A stretch of DNA of 64,000 nucleotides, from the NCBI GenBank assembly GCA_000091205.1, contig AP006500.2. One strand, 5' to 3'. Below the pieces are notes generated by a model that saw only the letters and a program-made list of their open reading frames with translations, did not search any database and was not told the DNA's origin. Numbering within the stretch: the first letter of the stretch is position 1; each line of letters opens with the position of its first letter. This stretch comes from Cyanidioschyzon merolae (Eukaryota). This document shows positions 22,910-32,845 of the stretch, in pieces. The translations under genes were made by a program, and so were the position numbers.

Positions 22910-23860
22910 TCAGCACATGCCGAGCTGCTGCAACTCAACGGCCAAAATCACATCATCTCGCATCATCGACAGGCCGCTGTTCCGCACGCGCCCGTGATCC
23001 ACTTCGTTCCGAATCGCGTAGATGACCCGGCCTATGATATGATCGCTTGTTACCGGTCCAAAGTCTCGACTATCACGACGAAGAATGCGCAGGAGATTAA
23101 TTTGCTGGGCCAGTGGAAGCCGCTCCGCTGGTAAGGCCGCTCCACTGCCTACGTTTGGAGCATCCGCTTTCTGCGCGTTTGCCTGCGGGTCGGCAGAGGC
23201 GGTTTCCGCTTCGAGCGCCCGCTCTCGCAGCAGCTGAATATCCTCCTCGATGGGGTTATCATTGTCTCGCAGAACCCAGTACTGACCACGTTCGAGCCGC
23301 AACAACGCCTGGCTCGTTTCTTCTTCATCACGTACGAGCTCGTCACCCTCAAGTGCAACCACTCGTCGGACGAAACGACGCGAACCGTCTTCGGGGTCCT
23401 TGACGACCACGATATCGCCCCGGTACGCAAGAGGTCTCCGGTAGAAGGTAACCTCGCCTCGGACTGTGTCCATGCTGCCGGTCCAGCGCGATAGCCGTCG
23501 AATGACGAGACGTTCGCCCGGACGGAACGGGGACGTGACGTGGGCGTTCAGCGTGGGTGCCATGGAGTTCCCAGTCAACGTGGCCACAAACGACGCTGGC
23601 TTCGACATTTCGTCAAGTACGGTTTCAACAAACACTTTGCGCTGTGCAGGTGCACCTCGCCAAACTTGGAATAGCGCACGAAAGAGGGAGGTTGTTCCTG
23701 CTGTCTCCGTCGAAATCTGGACGCTGGCCAGGGAAACCTCCAACGCATCCCGGAACCGAAGACTCCAGTATAACGCACGACGCAGCAGTGTCGCCATGAT
23801 CAACGTGCCAGCTCTCAACTTTACAAAACTCTGGTGCCGACAAGGTAGCGCGCCTCTCAC
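22910..23860 (-). CDS. Signal peptidase I (S26 family), mitochondrial inner membrane protease IMP1/IMP2-like
   Basis: LTGNSMAPTLN matches the S26 catalytic-Ser box G(D/N)SM(E/A)PT. It also has RGDIVVVKDP, FVRRVVALEGDELV and a C-terminal GPVTSDHIIGRVIYAI. The start is probably the internal Met (MATLLRRALYW) near nt 23797. Confidence 0.75.
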   Translation of the reverse strand: MRGALPCRHQSFVKLRAGTLIMATLLRRALYWSLRFRDALEVSLASVQISTETAGTTSLFRALFQVWRGAPAQRKVFVETVLDEMSKPASFVATLTGNSMAPTLNAHVTSPFRPGERLVIRRLSRWTGSMDTVRGEVTFYRRPLAYRGDIVVVKDPEDGSRRFVRRVVALEGDELVRDEEETSQALLRLERGQYWVLRDNDNPIEEDIQLLRERALEAETASADPQANAQKADAPNVGSGAALPAERLPLAQQINLLRILRRDSRDFGPVTSDHIIGRVIYAIRNEVDHGRVRNSGLSMMRDDVILAVELQQLGMC

Positions 23861-24077
23861 GCGGTTCCCGGTTCCAGCAAGAGGTTAGTGTGCGCGCCTC
23901 CCTGACGCCCACACAGAAGTGTACACTTTTGCTGCCGTACACGAGCACTGCTGCTGCTCAAGCGCCAACTCTAGCGCTTCCTTCAATAGCAGTGCAGCGT
24001 CTGGTTTCCTGTGTATACGAAAAGACGCTCCTCGCGTCTCTTGACTGTGTCAGGGGCACTTGCGTGTGCGCGCACGC

Positions 24078-24375
24078 ATGCACAGCATCATCAGCGCAGC
24101 GCAGCAGGCAATCGATTTCCTTCCCCATAAGGGGTGAAGCTGATAATGAAGCTGATGATGATCGCGATGACGCTGAGGCATCGCGCCGGGCTGGAAACCG
24201 TGGGCGGATGGATGTCACGCATGCACAGCATCATTAGCGCAGCGCAGCAGGCAATTGATTTCCTTCTCCATAAGGGGTGAAGCTGATGATGAAGCTGATG
24301 ATGATCGCGATGACGCGGAGGCATCGCGCCGGGCTGGAAACCGTGGGCGGATGGATGGACGGATGGATGGATGGG
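24078..24375. repeat. 143-bp tandem duplication (2 copies) ending in a short (GGATGGAT)n run
   Basis: The two copies begin atgcacagcatcat[c/t]agcgcagcgcagcaggcaat at 24078 and 24221 with about 4 mismatches, followed by gggcggatggatggacggatggatggatgggcgg. ORFs through this region on both strands are repeat artefacts. Confidence 0.85.
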
Positions 24376-24657
24376 CGGCGCTGGTCCATTGCCGTGCCTA
24401 GATTTTGACGAGGCGCGCGCTGCGTGACGCTGCGAGGCACGGCCGACGTCGCGGGTTATATGACCGGCAAGCTGGAAGCACGCTGTGACTAGCGTAAACC
24501 CTGTTTTAGACGGAAACCTGTCTGTTGGACGCAAGACCGAGACAGGGTAAACACTAGCGCAGCCTGGGGGGTAGTAGCTTGCACGGCAACTGGCGGTGAC
24601 AGTTCCGCGAGTCAATCTGTTTTTTCTGAGGTAACCAGCTAGAGTTGGCATTGACGA

Positions 24658-25323
24658 ATGGTGCGGAACTCACGAGTCACTGATTACAGCGGTTTCGTCA
24701 CAGCGTGCAGTGCGAGGCAAGCACTCGTCGGCTGGCATAGTCCCGTGAGACTGCACCTGGGCCGGCGTTTCCGGCTGCTGAAAAGTCGCTGGACGCGGTG
24801 TTTCTGCGGGCACCTGCGCTGCCGGGCGCTCAACACGCTGTCGTGCACACATAGGCGGCTGGCGGGTTCCGCAACCTGCGGACCGTTCGCAAAACGACCC
24901 GGAACTGTGCTGACTGCAGCGTGGTTGGCGGCTGTACCCTCAACGTCACGGGCAATTGAGTCAGGTTCGGCTACCACGGAATCAGTGAAGAGCGCCGCCG
25001 AGGAGATCGGAAACACAGCAGCGCAAGCCGCTACAACAAATAATGTGGACTGGAGCTCGCAGCTCACGAACTGGTTGGCTGCGATTGATGCAGTGCTGCT
25101 GGTGAGCGCCACAATTCTGACTATCATTGTGACAGTTCGCGACTGGCGCAGGCGAAGTGCTAAGAAAGAACAAGAGTCGAAATCAAAGGATTCAGGTGCA
25201 AGTAAAAATGCTCGCGAAGGAGATCGTTTGAAAGCAGCAGCGAACGCACCGCCCGGAAAACTCAACCGGTACCAACGACGCGAGTTACGGAAAAGACGGA
25301 ATCAAGACGACTCGTCGCTTTGA
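24658..25323 (+). CDS. Hypothetical small membrane protein (one TM helix, basic C-tail); weak model
   Basis: The C-terminal half looks protein-like (WLAAIDAVLLVSATILTIIVTV, then a KR-rich tail). The N-terminal half is Cys/Arg-rich and looks like GC-rich non-coding sequence. I recognise no homology. Confidence 0.2.
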   Translation: MVRNSRVTDYSGFVTACSARQALVGWHSPVRLHLGRRFRLLKSRWTRCFCGHLRCRALNTLSCTHRRLAGSATCGPFAKRPGTVLTAAWLAAVPSTSRAIESGSATTESVKSAAEEIGNTAAQAATTNNVDWSSQLTNWLAAIDAVLLVSATILTIIVTVRDWRRRSAKKEQESKSKDSGASKNAREGDRLKAAANAPPGKLNRYQRRELRKRRNQDDSSL

Positions 25324-26833
25324 TGACAAAGACCGGGAGCGCGTGAACGCAACCACAAAGTATTCGTAGATTTTCGCTCTGTTCTCATTGTAGTTTCGCG
25401 AAGCGCCCCGGGAGGAAACTGCAAAGCGCGCATCGAGGCTGCTGTTGCAAGAGTCGAGTGCCGCGGCGAGTCTCGAAGCGCTGCGTAAGCCGTCCGGAAT
25501 CGATACGCGCGCTCGGCACCCGTCGACACTAGCGACGATCCTTGAACCTACCTCTGCAGCGCTTATCACCACATGGTAGGATGAGAAGCTCCGGCATCGT
25601 GCATCACCGCCGCAATGCCTGCCGCGAAGGGCTCCAAGGAGCACACTACGGCCGGAACGCTGTGTGGCATTGTGCAGAGGCATTTCCACGTAACCTTCAT
25701 GGAAGGGAGCGCTTTGACGAGACTGGAAAAGCAAGGAGAGCACTACAGGAACCTCGCGCAATGCACGGTGTCCAAGAGACACGTCACTCGCGCGTTCTTC
25801 GTAAACGAATGTAGGCGCCTCGTCCTGCTTGCGGATACCGCTCGTGTCTCTCGTCATCTGTCGTTCCGGCGGTCTGCTGAGCGAACGAGATAGCTCGTAG
25901 CGACACCAACGCCTGTACGTCAACATGCAGAGAGACGCGCATTCCATGCACGTGTACTGTATTCGAAATACAGGACGTGTGCCATTGCGCTGGTCGAGTG
26001 GCGTCGCGAATCATCGCTCGGAAGCGCCCGTTATTGGTTGGAGGCCCCAGGAACGGCACCAGTTCCTGTCCCGTTGCAACTTCGAAACAGTGACCGGTTC
26101 GAAGGTCATATTGCGGAAACAGGTTCTCGTGTATCAGCGATAAACAGAGTGAGCCTGCCAGCCTCGCATTCCCATACTTGCATAAGTGCGGAACGCGTCT
26201 CACCGGGGACGGCAGTGCTGGTTGTAGCGGTAGTGTCCGGTTGACGTTTTGCGACTGCTTGGCGTGCTTCGCTGGCCACTATCGCAGATCATGCGCAACC
26301 TAGATGGTGCTTGCTTCTCCCGGACACATGATTGGCTCGGATGATTCCTAGCGAACGTTGGTTCACGCGATACAGATCTTTTACGAATGGCCCGTCAGCG
26401 GGATGGTCCGGATTGTTTTCTCGTCTACGTTATCAACCAGGAAAACGATGTAGCCATTCCTCAAACCCGCGCTCTGAAACCAGTCGGGGAAACGCGCTGC
26501 TCCAAAAGTCAACGAAACGGCGTTAGAGTCAAGGTCGGACGTCTATGGCGCCAGTGCACTAGTGGTAGCCCAGATGAATCCGGACGCTCAGCTCAGGCAC
26601 TGACACCTGGAGGGTAGGCTTCGTTGACGAAGCACGCAACACGGCCACAAGAGTGCACTTACACCAAGCGCTTCCAAGCATGCGTGAAACCTGCTGCAAG
26701 GTACTTAAACTGCTCCAGCAGCGCTGTTGCACGGTGCAACTGCATTCGCGCAGTGCAATCACTGGACGATGCGTCACGGCAAATAATTGCACCGGAAACT
26801 TGGGGAATATCTGACTCGGACTTGGTCTATATT

Positions 26834-27321
26834 TCGGTTTCACGGCAACGCCAGTGCTGAATCCTTTTGCGACACTGCACTGACGACGGAGCGGTACGCG
26901 ACATCGTCCCTGGATGACGTGTTGACAGCCATACGCTGAACGATCCGTGAGCTTCTCACGTTCAATCACCGGATTCATTCGAAACACGAATTCCGCTCGC
27001 TTCCTGAGCACCCGCAAAGCCGCATTCGTTCCCAGAATGATTCCTGTCACGGGGGATACGCCCAGATGCTGCCGTCGATTCTCCTTTCGCGGAAACGGAT
27101 GCCAGACGCTGACTCCAGTTCTCGCAGCGATGGCGTAGCGTGCGGGACGTATCACCGACTCGTACGAGGGCAGCGTCGACAGATCCACGATATTCGACTT
27201 GTTCCTCAGCCCGAAAACTCATTCCGGTGCTTGTTTCATCATGCGGAACATCGCACTCCACAGATCCCCCATCGAATGGAGCAGCGTGCGCTTTCTTAGA
27301 TATAGCGGATAGCGCTCTCGC
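26834..27321. repeat. 488-bp dispersed direct repeat, copy 1 (about 99% identical to 32224..32711)
   Basis: Direct comparison shows identical sequence from tttcggtttcacggcaacgccagtgctgaatcc through gatagcgctctcgc, with about 4 mismatches. It lies about 1 kb upstream of the RING-H2 gene. The minus-strand ORFs within it (26559..27188, 26962..27390) are repeat-derived and Arg-rich, so they are probably not coding. Confidence 0.9.
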
Positions 27322-28188
27322 TGATATGATCACCCTGAACCAGCTCGTGATCGTCTGTACGCCACTTATCGCGGAAACGGAGGAGGGCATCGAGCGAAGC
27401 CTTCTGTGCCCGACAAGCGCATGTTACGAGCGATGAGGCAAGCGTCCGCGCTGACCAGGACAGCACTCGGCGAGGCAGTTGCCGCTGACATATGGGAGCA
27501 CCTGACCACAGTCCCGTGTCACCGCTGCATAAGGCGCATCGACGCCATGTACGAATTCGATGAAAACGGCATCCAAAAGGGAGATCGCAACTTTCATGGT
27601 TGCATGAATTGCAGCGATAGCAGCAGGAGGATGGAGCGCCGAAATCGGGATGTGCGCTATCGCCATACCACCACCAATATCGTTCGATTGCGAACAACAA
27701 GGGTAGAGGGAAACCGGAGTCCGGCGCATTCGTATCCCCAACTAGTAGAGAGGAAAAGGAAGCAGTCATAGACAAAAAGTACCCGCAAATGTTCCTGTCG
27801 ATGATCATAAGAAGATACCCAAACGATTCCGTGTGCACGCATTCGTTCTGCACGACCGATCCCAGTGAATCCGAATGTCACGGCCCGCCAGCGTGCATGA
27901 TGCGTTGGCAGGCGCGATCACCTGCACTGTACGCTCGCGCATGTGTGGCTGTACCCGGTGCGCGCCATCCAATGCGCCATGCGCGTGCGCGCCACCTGCA
28001 TGGACACGCTGTCCAGCACGCATGCCCAGCGATATTCGGGAGGCGCGCGAAGCGGCACATCGTGATCCGCGCGAATCGCTGTTGATCGCGGCAGGCCGCG
28101 AAGCCGCTGCCCCCAACGGGTCTCCGCATATCCAGCTGTCCACGATGATCAGCGGCGGCTGCGGCGGCTGCGGCGGCGATCGTTTCCG

Positions 28189-30423
28189 ATGCGATGCACA
28201 GCGCGGGATATGCGTCGCACCAGCGCCCTCGGCACGCTCGCCTCGAACGCGCAGCGTGTACGTTGGCAACGGTATTGGTGCAGCTGTGGTTGCTTTGCTC
28301 TCCGGGTACGTACTCTTTGTGATACTGGGTACGCCATCTGGCCATATTCAGACAACTGTACGTCCCGTTGGTCTATGCCGCGCTACGTGCGGCTCGTCCC
28401 CGTTATCCTTAGTGTGGTATGGGTCGGTATTGCCGTGTACTGGACGTTCTTCGGTGGAGCCTTGCTCGAGAACTATCCCGGTTATCGGCCCTATTCTTGC
28501 AAGTTGCTTTCCACACCGAAGGTAGAACCATGCTGTTCGCCGTCACCAACGGTAAATCCTTCACCGGCCTGCTCGCCGGTGGGTTATCGCATAGAGGTGC
28601 AGAGCGTGGAGCTCTTTCGCAACTCGTCCGGGCAGAGCGCGATGAACAAATTGTACCGAGGCTGTGACGACGTGAGCTGTGACTGTTTGTATGCATCAGA
28701 GCAGCAAGCGCAACAGGCGCTCAACTCGTTGGACTTTACCGTCAACGAGACAGTCAAGTGCTGGTACAACGGGAGCGGAAGTATTGTTGTTCTCGTGAAC
28801 CAGGGTTTTAGCTATAACATTGCGCTCGTTGGCCTGGTGCTGCTCGCGCTGGGGGCTTTGCTGCTCTGCTGGTCCGTGCTGCATGTCCTGGGTCTCGACT
28901 GTAAGTTATTGGAAATCATGCTGCGTTGTCTGTGTTGTGGACATTTCGACGAATGGGAGCTGCGGCGACGCCGACGACTCTGGCAACACACCCAGGCCTA
29001 CGGGGCGAATCGTGGCGGCCTCGCCGGCCTCATGCTCCGGGCGCGTACCGGAGGTCTGCTTCCGGATGAGATTCGTGAAATTCTGCGCAAGATAGAAATC
29101 AGTCATCAGGAACTGGAGGACTTGAAGAAGCGTGCCGAGTCTGGGGTTGACGAGCGAAACACTTCATCAGTGGACGCGCCGCTGGAACCGAACGGGTCGC
29201 CCGCGCTCACTCCCGTTCATGATGCCGCTTGTCGTCAGCCGAGTGCCGCAGAGGGCTACGCAGGAGCCGTTGCGTCGGATCCATCGCCGACAGTAAGAGC
29301 GTCGCATCCGCTGGTCGTTGGTGACCTCATCGACTGTGGCATTTGTCTCGATGAGCTGACCGCACCTCTGGCAGCCGAGGATCACGACTGGGAAGATGAC
29401 GTGGTGCGGGAGTCGCAGTTGCGACGCAGGATCGCACAGGCAGCCCCGAGCGCTCCGGTGCGATCAGCGGCGCCGCAGACGCATTCGGCTGAAGATCCCA
29501 GCGTGGATCCTGGCCCAAGAGAAGGAGCTCCAGCGGCTTCACCTGCGCAGCAAGCTGGGATACAGTCGTCTCGACATGCTCGAGCGGGGCCGACGCCTGC
29601 GACGCAGCGTTGGCGCCATCTCTTTCGGCCCATTTCAACGAATGAGCAGCGTTCGCAAACAGACGCATCACCATCAACACCAACAACAACAGCGAGAGGT
29701 GCGGCATGCACCACCATATCCGGCGTTGATATTGAGGCAGGACACGGGCCCTCACGAACAGGTGAGACGTCCTCCGTAGAGGCGGTAGCAGCATCCACGA
29801 TGAACGAGGGTGCCGGGAGCTCGTCAACAACAGCGGCGCCCGGCTCGATAGCGGTACGCACCGTGTCCGGCAGTCGACGCATCGTGCTGCTCAAATGTGG
29901 ACATATCTTTCACTTTTCCTGCATGAAGCACTTTCTCTGCGCAGGCGGTGTGACGTGCCCCATCTGCAATCGAAACTTACCTCGCGATTACCTCACAGAC
30001 TCTGGAACAGTCTCAGTGGGACACGCCTCGCAAGAGACAACACCCGGAGGCACCGCGTCGGAAGCTGGGCACGAAAGCACGCGGCGCGCAACAGCGTCGG
30101 CTGGGCGCCCTGCGGATGCACACGCTGCAAGCGGGCGTCGCTGGCGAGGCTTCTGGGGGCGGCGTCGACCTGCCCAGCAACCGACGATGCCGGCGTCGTC
30201 GAGTGCATACGATGGGCGCGTTCCAAACGAGTCCGAAACGGGGGTATCGGACCCAGCGGTACCTCCGCGGGCGGTCATCGGCTGGAGCACCGCGCCTCGT
30301 GCAAGCGAAACGACCCGCCGCGAAGCAGACTATGGACTTGTCATGGTACCGCATGTGTCGCGCAACCCCGAAGACATCAGGGACTCGCCTCGTGATGCGT
30401 GTATCCAAGCACCTCCCGTATAA
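28189..30423 (+). CDS. Membrane-anchored RING-H2 zinc-finger protein (putative E3 ubiquitin ligase) with long low-complexity regions
   Basis: The C-terminus LLKCGHIFHFSCMKHFLCAGGVTCPICNR reads as C3-x-H-x2-H-x2-C-x11-C-x2-C of a RING-H2. The only candidate C1-x2-C2 (DCGICLDEL) is about 190 aa upstream. Two N-terminal hydrophobic segments are present (LVPVILSVVWVGIAVYWTFFGGALL and ALVGLVLLALGALLLCWSVLHVLGL). The probable start is the Met at nt 28375 (MPRYVRL...). Confidence 0.6.
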   Translation: MRCTARDMRRTSALGTLASNAQRVRWQRYWCSCGCFALRVRTLCDTGYAIWPYSDNCTSRWSMPRYVRLVPVILSVVWVGIAVYWTFFGGALLENYPGYRPYSCKLLSTPKVEPCCSPSPTVNPSPACSPVGYRIEVQSVELFRNSSGQSAMNKLYRGCDDVSCDCLYASEQQAQQALNSLDFTVNETVKCWYNGSGSIVVLVNQGFSYNIALVGLVLLALGALLLCWSVLHVLGLDCKLLEIMLRCLCCGHFDEWELRRRRRLWQHTQAYGANRGGLAGLMLRARTGGLLPDEIREILRKIEISHQELEDLKKRAESGVDERNTSSVDAPLEPNGSPALTPVHDAACRQPSAAEGYAGAVASDPSPTVRASHPLVVGDLIDCGICLDELTAPLAAEDHDWEDDVVRESQLRRRIAQAAPSAPVRSAAPQTHSAEDPSVDPGPREGAPAASPAQQAGIQSSRHARAGPTPATQRWRHLFRPISTNEQRSQTDASPSTPTTTARGAACTTISGVDIEAGHGPSRTGETSSVEAVAASTMNEGAGSSSTTAAPGSIAVRTVSGSRRIVLLKCGHIFHFSCMKHFLCAGGVTCPICNRNLPRDYLTDSGTVSVGHASQETTPGGTASEAGHESTRRATASAGRPADAHAASGRRWRGFWGRRRPAQQPTMPASSSAYDGRVPNESETGVSDPAVPPRAVIGWSTAPRASETTRREADYGLVMVPHVSRNPEDIRDSPRDACIQAPPV

Positions 30424-31138
30424 ATTGCTTTCATGGTTGTATAATTTACGGGAGTAGACGCTGTGACGCTCAACGCGCTCACAGTCGGCATTGATACCGC
30501 GATCCATGGCGCGCAGCTCGCATGACATCCTGCGCCATACTGGATAACGACGGTCCAGACACGAATGAAACAAGGCTCAGAAACAATGCAAATGCCGGGC
30601 GTACCGTTCACACCAAATGCACTGTCGGGTGCGCTGCGGGCACTGTTTGACAAGCTGTTTGCCCAGCGACTCGGGTGACGCTCCCTCGTGATCTGCTTGT
30701 GTGCGGTTTCCGTTGGCGTCTGTTCCTCATTTCGGATGAGGTGCTTCTTCGAAGTTGACGACGCGTTTCATTGAGATCCTTGTCATTCAAAAAACGAAGC
30801 GTTCCTCGGGCGCTGGGTGCGTCTTGCGTGCCGTGGTATCGCTACCGTGGCATGCGGCATGTCTGCCTTCCATCGAGCTATGGTCGTTCGAGTGTTCGCA
30901 CAAGCGAGGCAATCGACGAGCCTCATACGCTAGCCGCACCGAACGGATCCGCATACGAGTCTATTCACACAGAGCGTGTCGCACGGCTTGGAGGATAGAT
31001 AAAAACGTGCCACGTGATGCTCGCTGTCCAGCCATGGCGCTGTTTCGTACACCAGTGCTTGCAGCGACGCAGGAGCGCTGAGCGGGTGCTCATGTCCTGC
31101 TCCCGTCCCAGGGTGCTCGGTTCCAAGTCACGCGTTGA

Positions 31139-31987
31139 CTAGCACTTTGGAGTAAGGTGTTCCAGTTTGCCCTGCTGGATTAGGAGTTCGACGTCGGCGC
31201 GCCTCACGAAATGTACGGTACCCTTGGCCAAATGGGCGCTTTGTCCGCTGCTAGCCATGAAGAAATCACCACAGTCCTCGAGCACGCGAACCTCAATGAA
31301 CTCCTCCTTCGGGGGCACCAACAGAGCCGAGCGCAGGTCCAGACCTACCGCACTTCCGTATGCAGCGAGCAGCGCCTCGTAACGACTGGCGTAGGTGCGT
31401 TCGGCCTCCGACAGCAACGCCGTCGCTCGCCCCGTGGTGCCTTTGTCCTCGCTCGGCCCCGAATATATCGTCGGATCCCGATTCCAGCAAGCCTGCTCGA
31501 CTCTCCGAAGACGATTTACCAGGTACGCTAGCACGCAGCGTTTGTTTCGCAAAAGGCGGGCCCGACGAACGAGCAGACTCCCCTGTAGGGCACGGTCCTC
31601 AACTCGTGACCCCTGCTGACTAGAGCCGCTTCGCCATGCCTCTATGCCTTTCTCAAGCTGTGCGTACTCTTCTAGAATCTCATCAACGACTCGTTGCAGT
31701 AGATCACGACGGTACAGCGGCAGGTGCTGCGCATCACGAAGTTCAGATACGAGCGCGGTCGCTGCCCCTGAAGTCATTGTAGGCCTCGAGCGTTGCCCTA
31801 CAACAGAGAAGAGCGTTCGCGCCACGCGTGCGTTCGCGTCCAGCCGGTGCACGCGCTGCACAGTGGACGGACTGGGGTGTCGGATGAGGAGCGAACACAA
31901 CCGTGTTCGATATGCTTGTGCGTCTCCATGCCTTTTGGACCTGTCTTGAAAACGACAGTCTCCGAAATTGCGAGGCAGAAATGACAA
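31139..31987 (-). CDS. PSF1: GINS complex subunit Psf1 (GINS1)
   Basis: LLVRRARLLRNKRCVLAYLVNRLRRVEQACW matches the Psf1 motif (human [26 protein letters not shown]). EEFIEVRVLEDCGDFFMASSG...ELLIQQGKLEHL matches the human C-terminus [20 protein letters not shown]...EQLIRQGVLEHI. The start is probably the internal Met at nt 31777 (MTSGAATALVSELR...), which gives about 213 aa. Confidence 0.85.
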   Translation of the reverse strand: MSFLPRNFGDCRFQDRSKRHGDAQAYRTRLCSLLIRHPSPSTVQRVHRLDANARVARTLFSVVGQRSRPTMTSGAATALVSELRDAQHLPLYRRDLLQRVVDEILEEYAQLEKGIEAWRSGSSQQGSRVEDRALQGSLLVRRARLLRNKRCVLAYLVNRLRRVEQACWNRDPTIYSGPSEDKGTTGRATALLSEAERTYASRYEALLAAYGSAVGLDLRSALLVPPKEEFIEVRVLEDCGDFFMASSGQSAHLAKGTVHFVRRADVELLIQQGKLEHLTPKC

Positions 31988-32223
31988 GTTTTGGTTTTAT
32001 CATTAGGCGCGGGATTTCCGTGCGGAGTTTCCGAGTAGCCCTATGGACCCGGTACAACTGGATTTCAAACACGCATCCGAATCGAGATGATATGCGACGT
32101 ACTCGATATATAGTTCATGAATGATGGATACCACTATACAATTCATAAGTATAAGCCTCCATTTTCTCGTTTCCGTAGTCGTCATACATTTTCAAATCAC
32201 AAGCGCTTCAAGTTTGCGCTCTT

Positions 32224-32711
32224 TCGGTTTCACGGCAACGCCAGTGCTGAATCCTTTTGCGACACTGCACTGACGACGGAGCGGTACGCGACATCGTCCC
32301 TGGATGACGTGTTGACAGCCATACGCTGAACGATCCGTGAGCTTCTCACGTTCCATCACCGGATTCATTCGAAACACGAATCCCGCTCGCTTCCTGAGCA
32401 CCCGCAAAGCCGCATTCGTTCCCAGAATGATTCCTGTCACGGGGGATACGCCCAGATGCTGCCGTCGATTCTCCTTTCGCGGAAACGGATGCCAGACGCT
32501 GACTCCAGTTCTCGCAGCGATGGCGTAGCGTGCGGGACGTGTCACCGACTCGTACGAGGGCAGCGTCGACAGATCCACGATATTCGACTTGTTCCGCAGC
32601 CCGAAAACTCATTCCGGTGCTTGTTTCATCATGCGGAACATCGCACTCCACAGATCCCCCATCGAATGGAGCAGCGTGCGCTTTCTTAGATATAGCGGAT
32701 AGCGCTCTCGC
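32224..32711. repeat. 488-bp dispersed direct repeat, copy 2 (about 99% identical to 26834..27321)
   Basis: It has the same boundaries as copy 1. It sits in the divergent promoter region between PSF1 (minus strand, start at 31777/31987) and the La gene (plus strand, start at 32846/33020). Confidence 0.9.
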
Positions 32712-32845
32712 CCAGATATGCGGATAAGCAATGCGCATCCGATGACCCCTGCTCAGACGCAACCTTCCCACATTACCGAAAAGAAAAATAAAAAACGTCT
32801 CCCGCCAGCGCTGGAGCATATCAGCGTACACTGCGGAAGCCGCCA

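Noticed and set aside
26834-32711. Interpretation of the two 488-bp direct repeats as LTRs of a retrotransposon
   Set aside because: The 4.9-kb internal region encodes a RING-H2 protein and GINS Psf1 (ordinary cellular genes on opposite strands). There is no gag/pol/RT/integrase, and the repeat ends do not read TG...CA.
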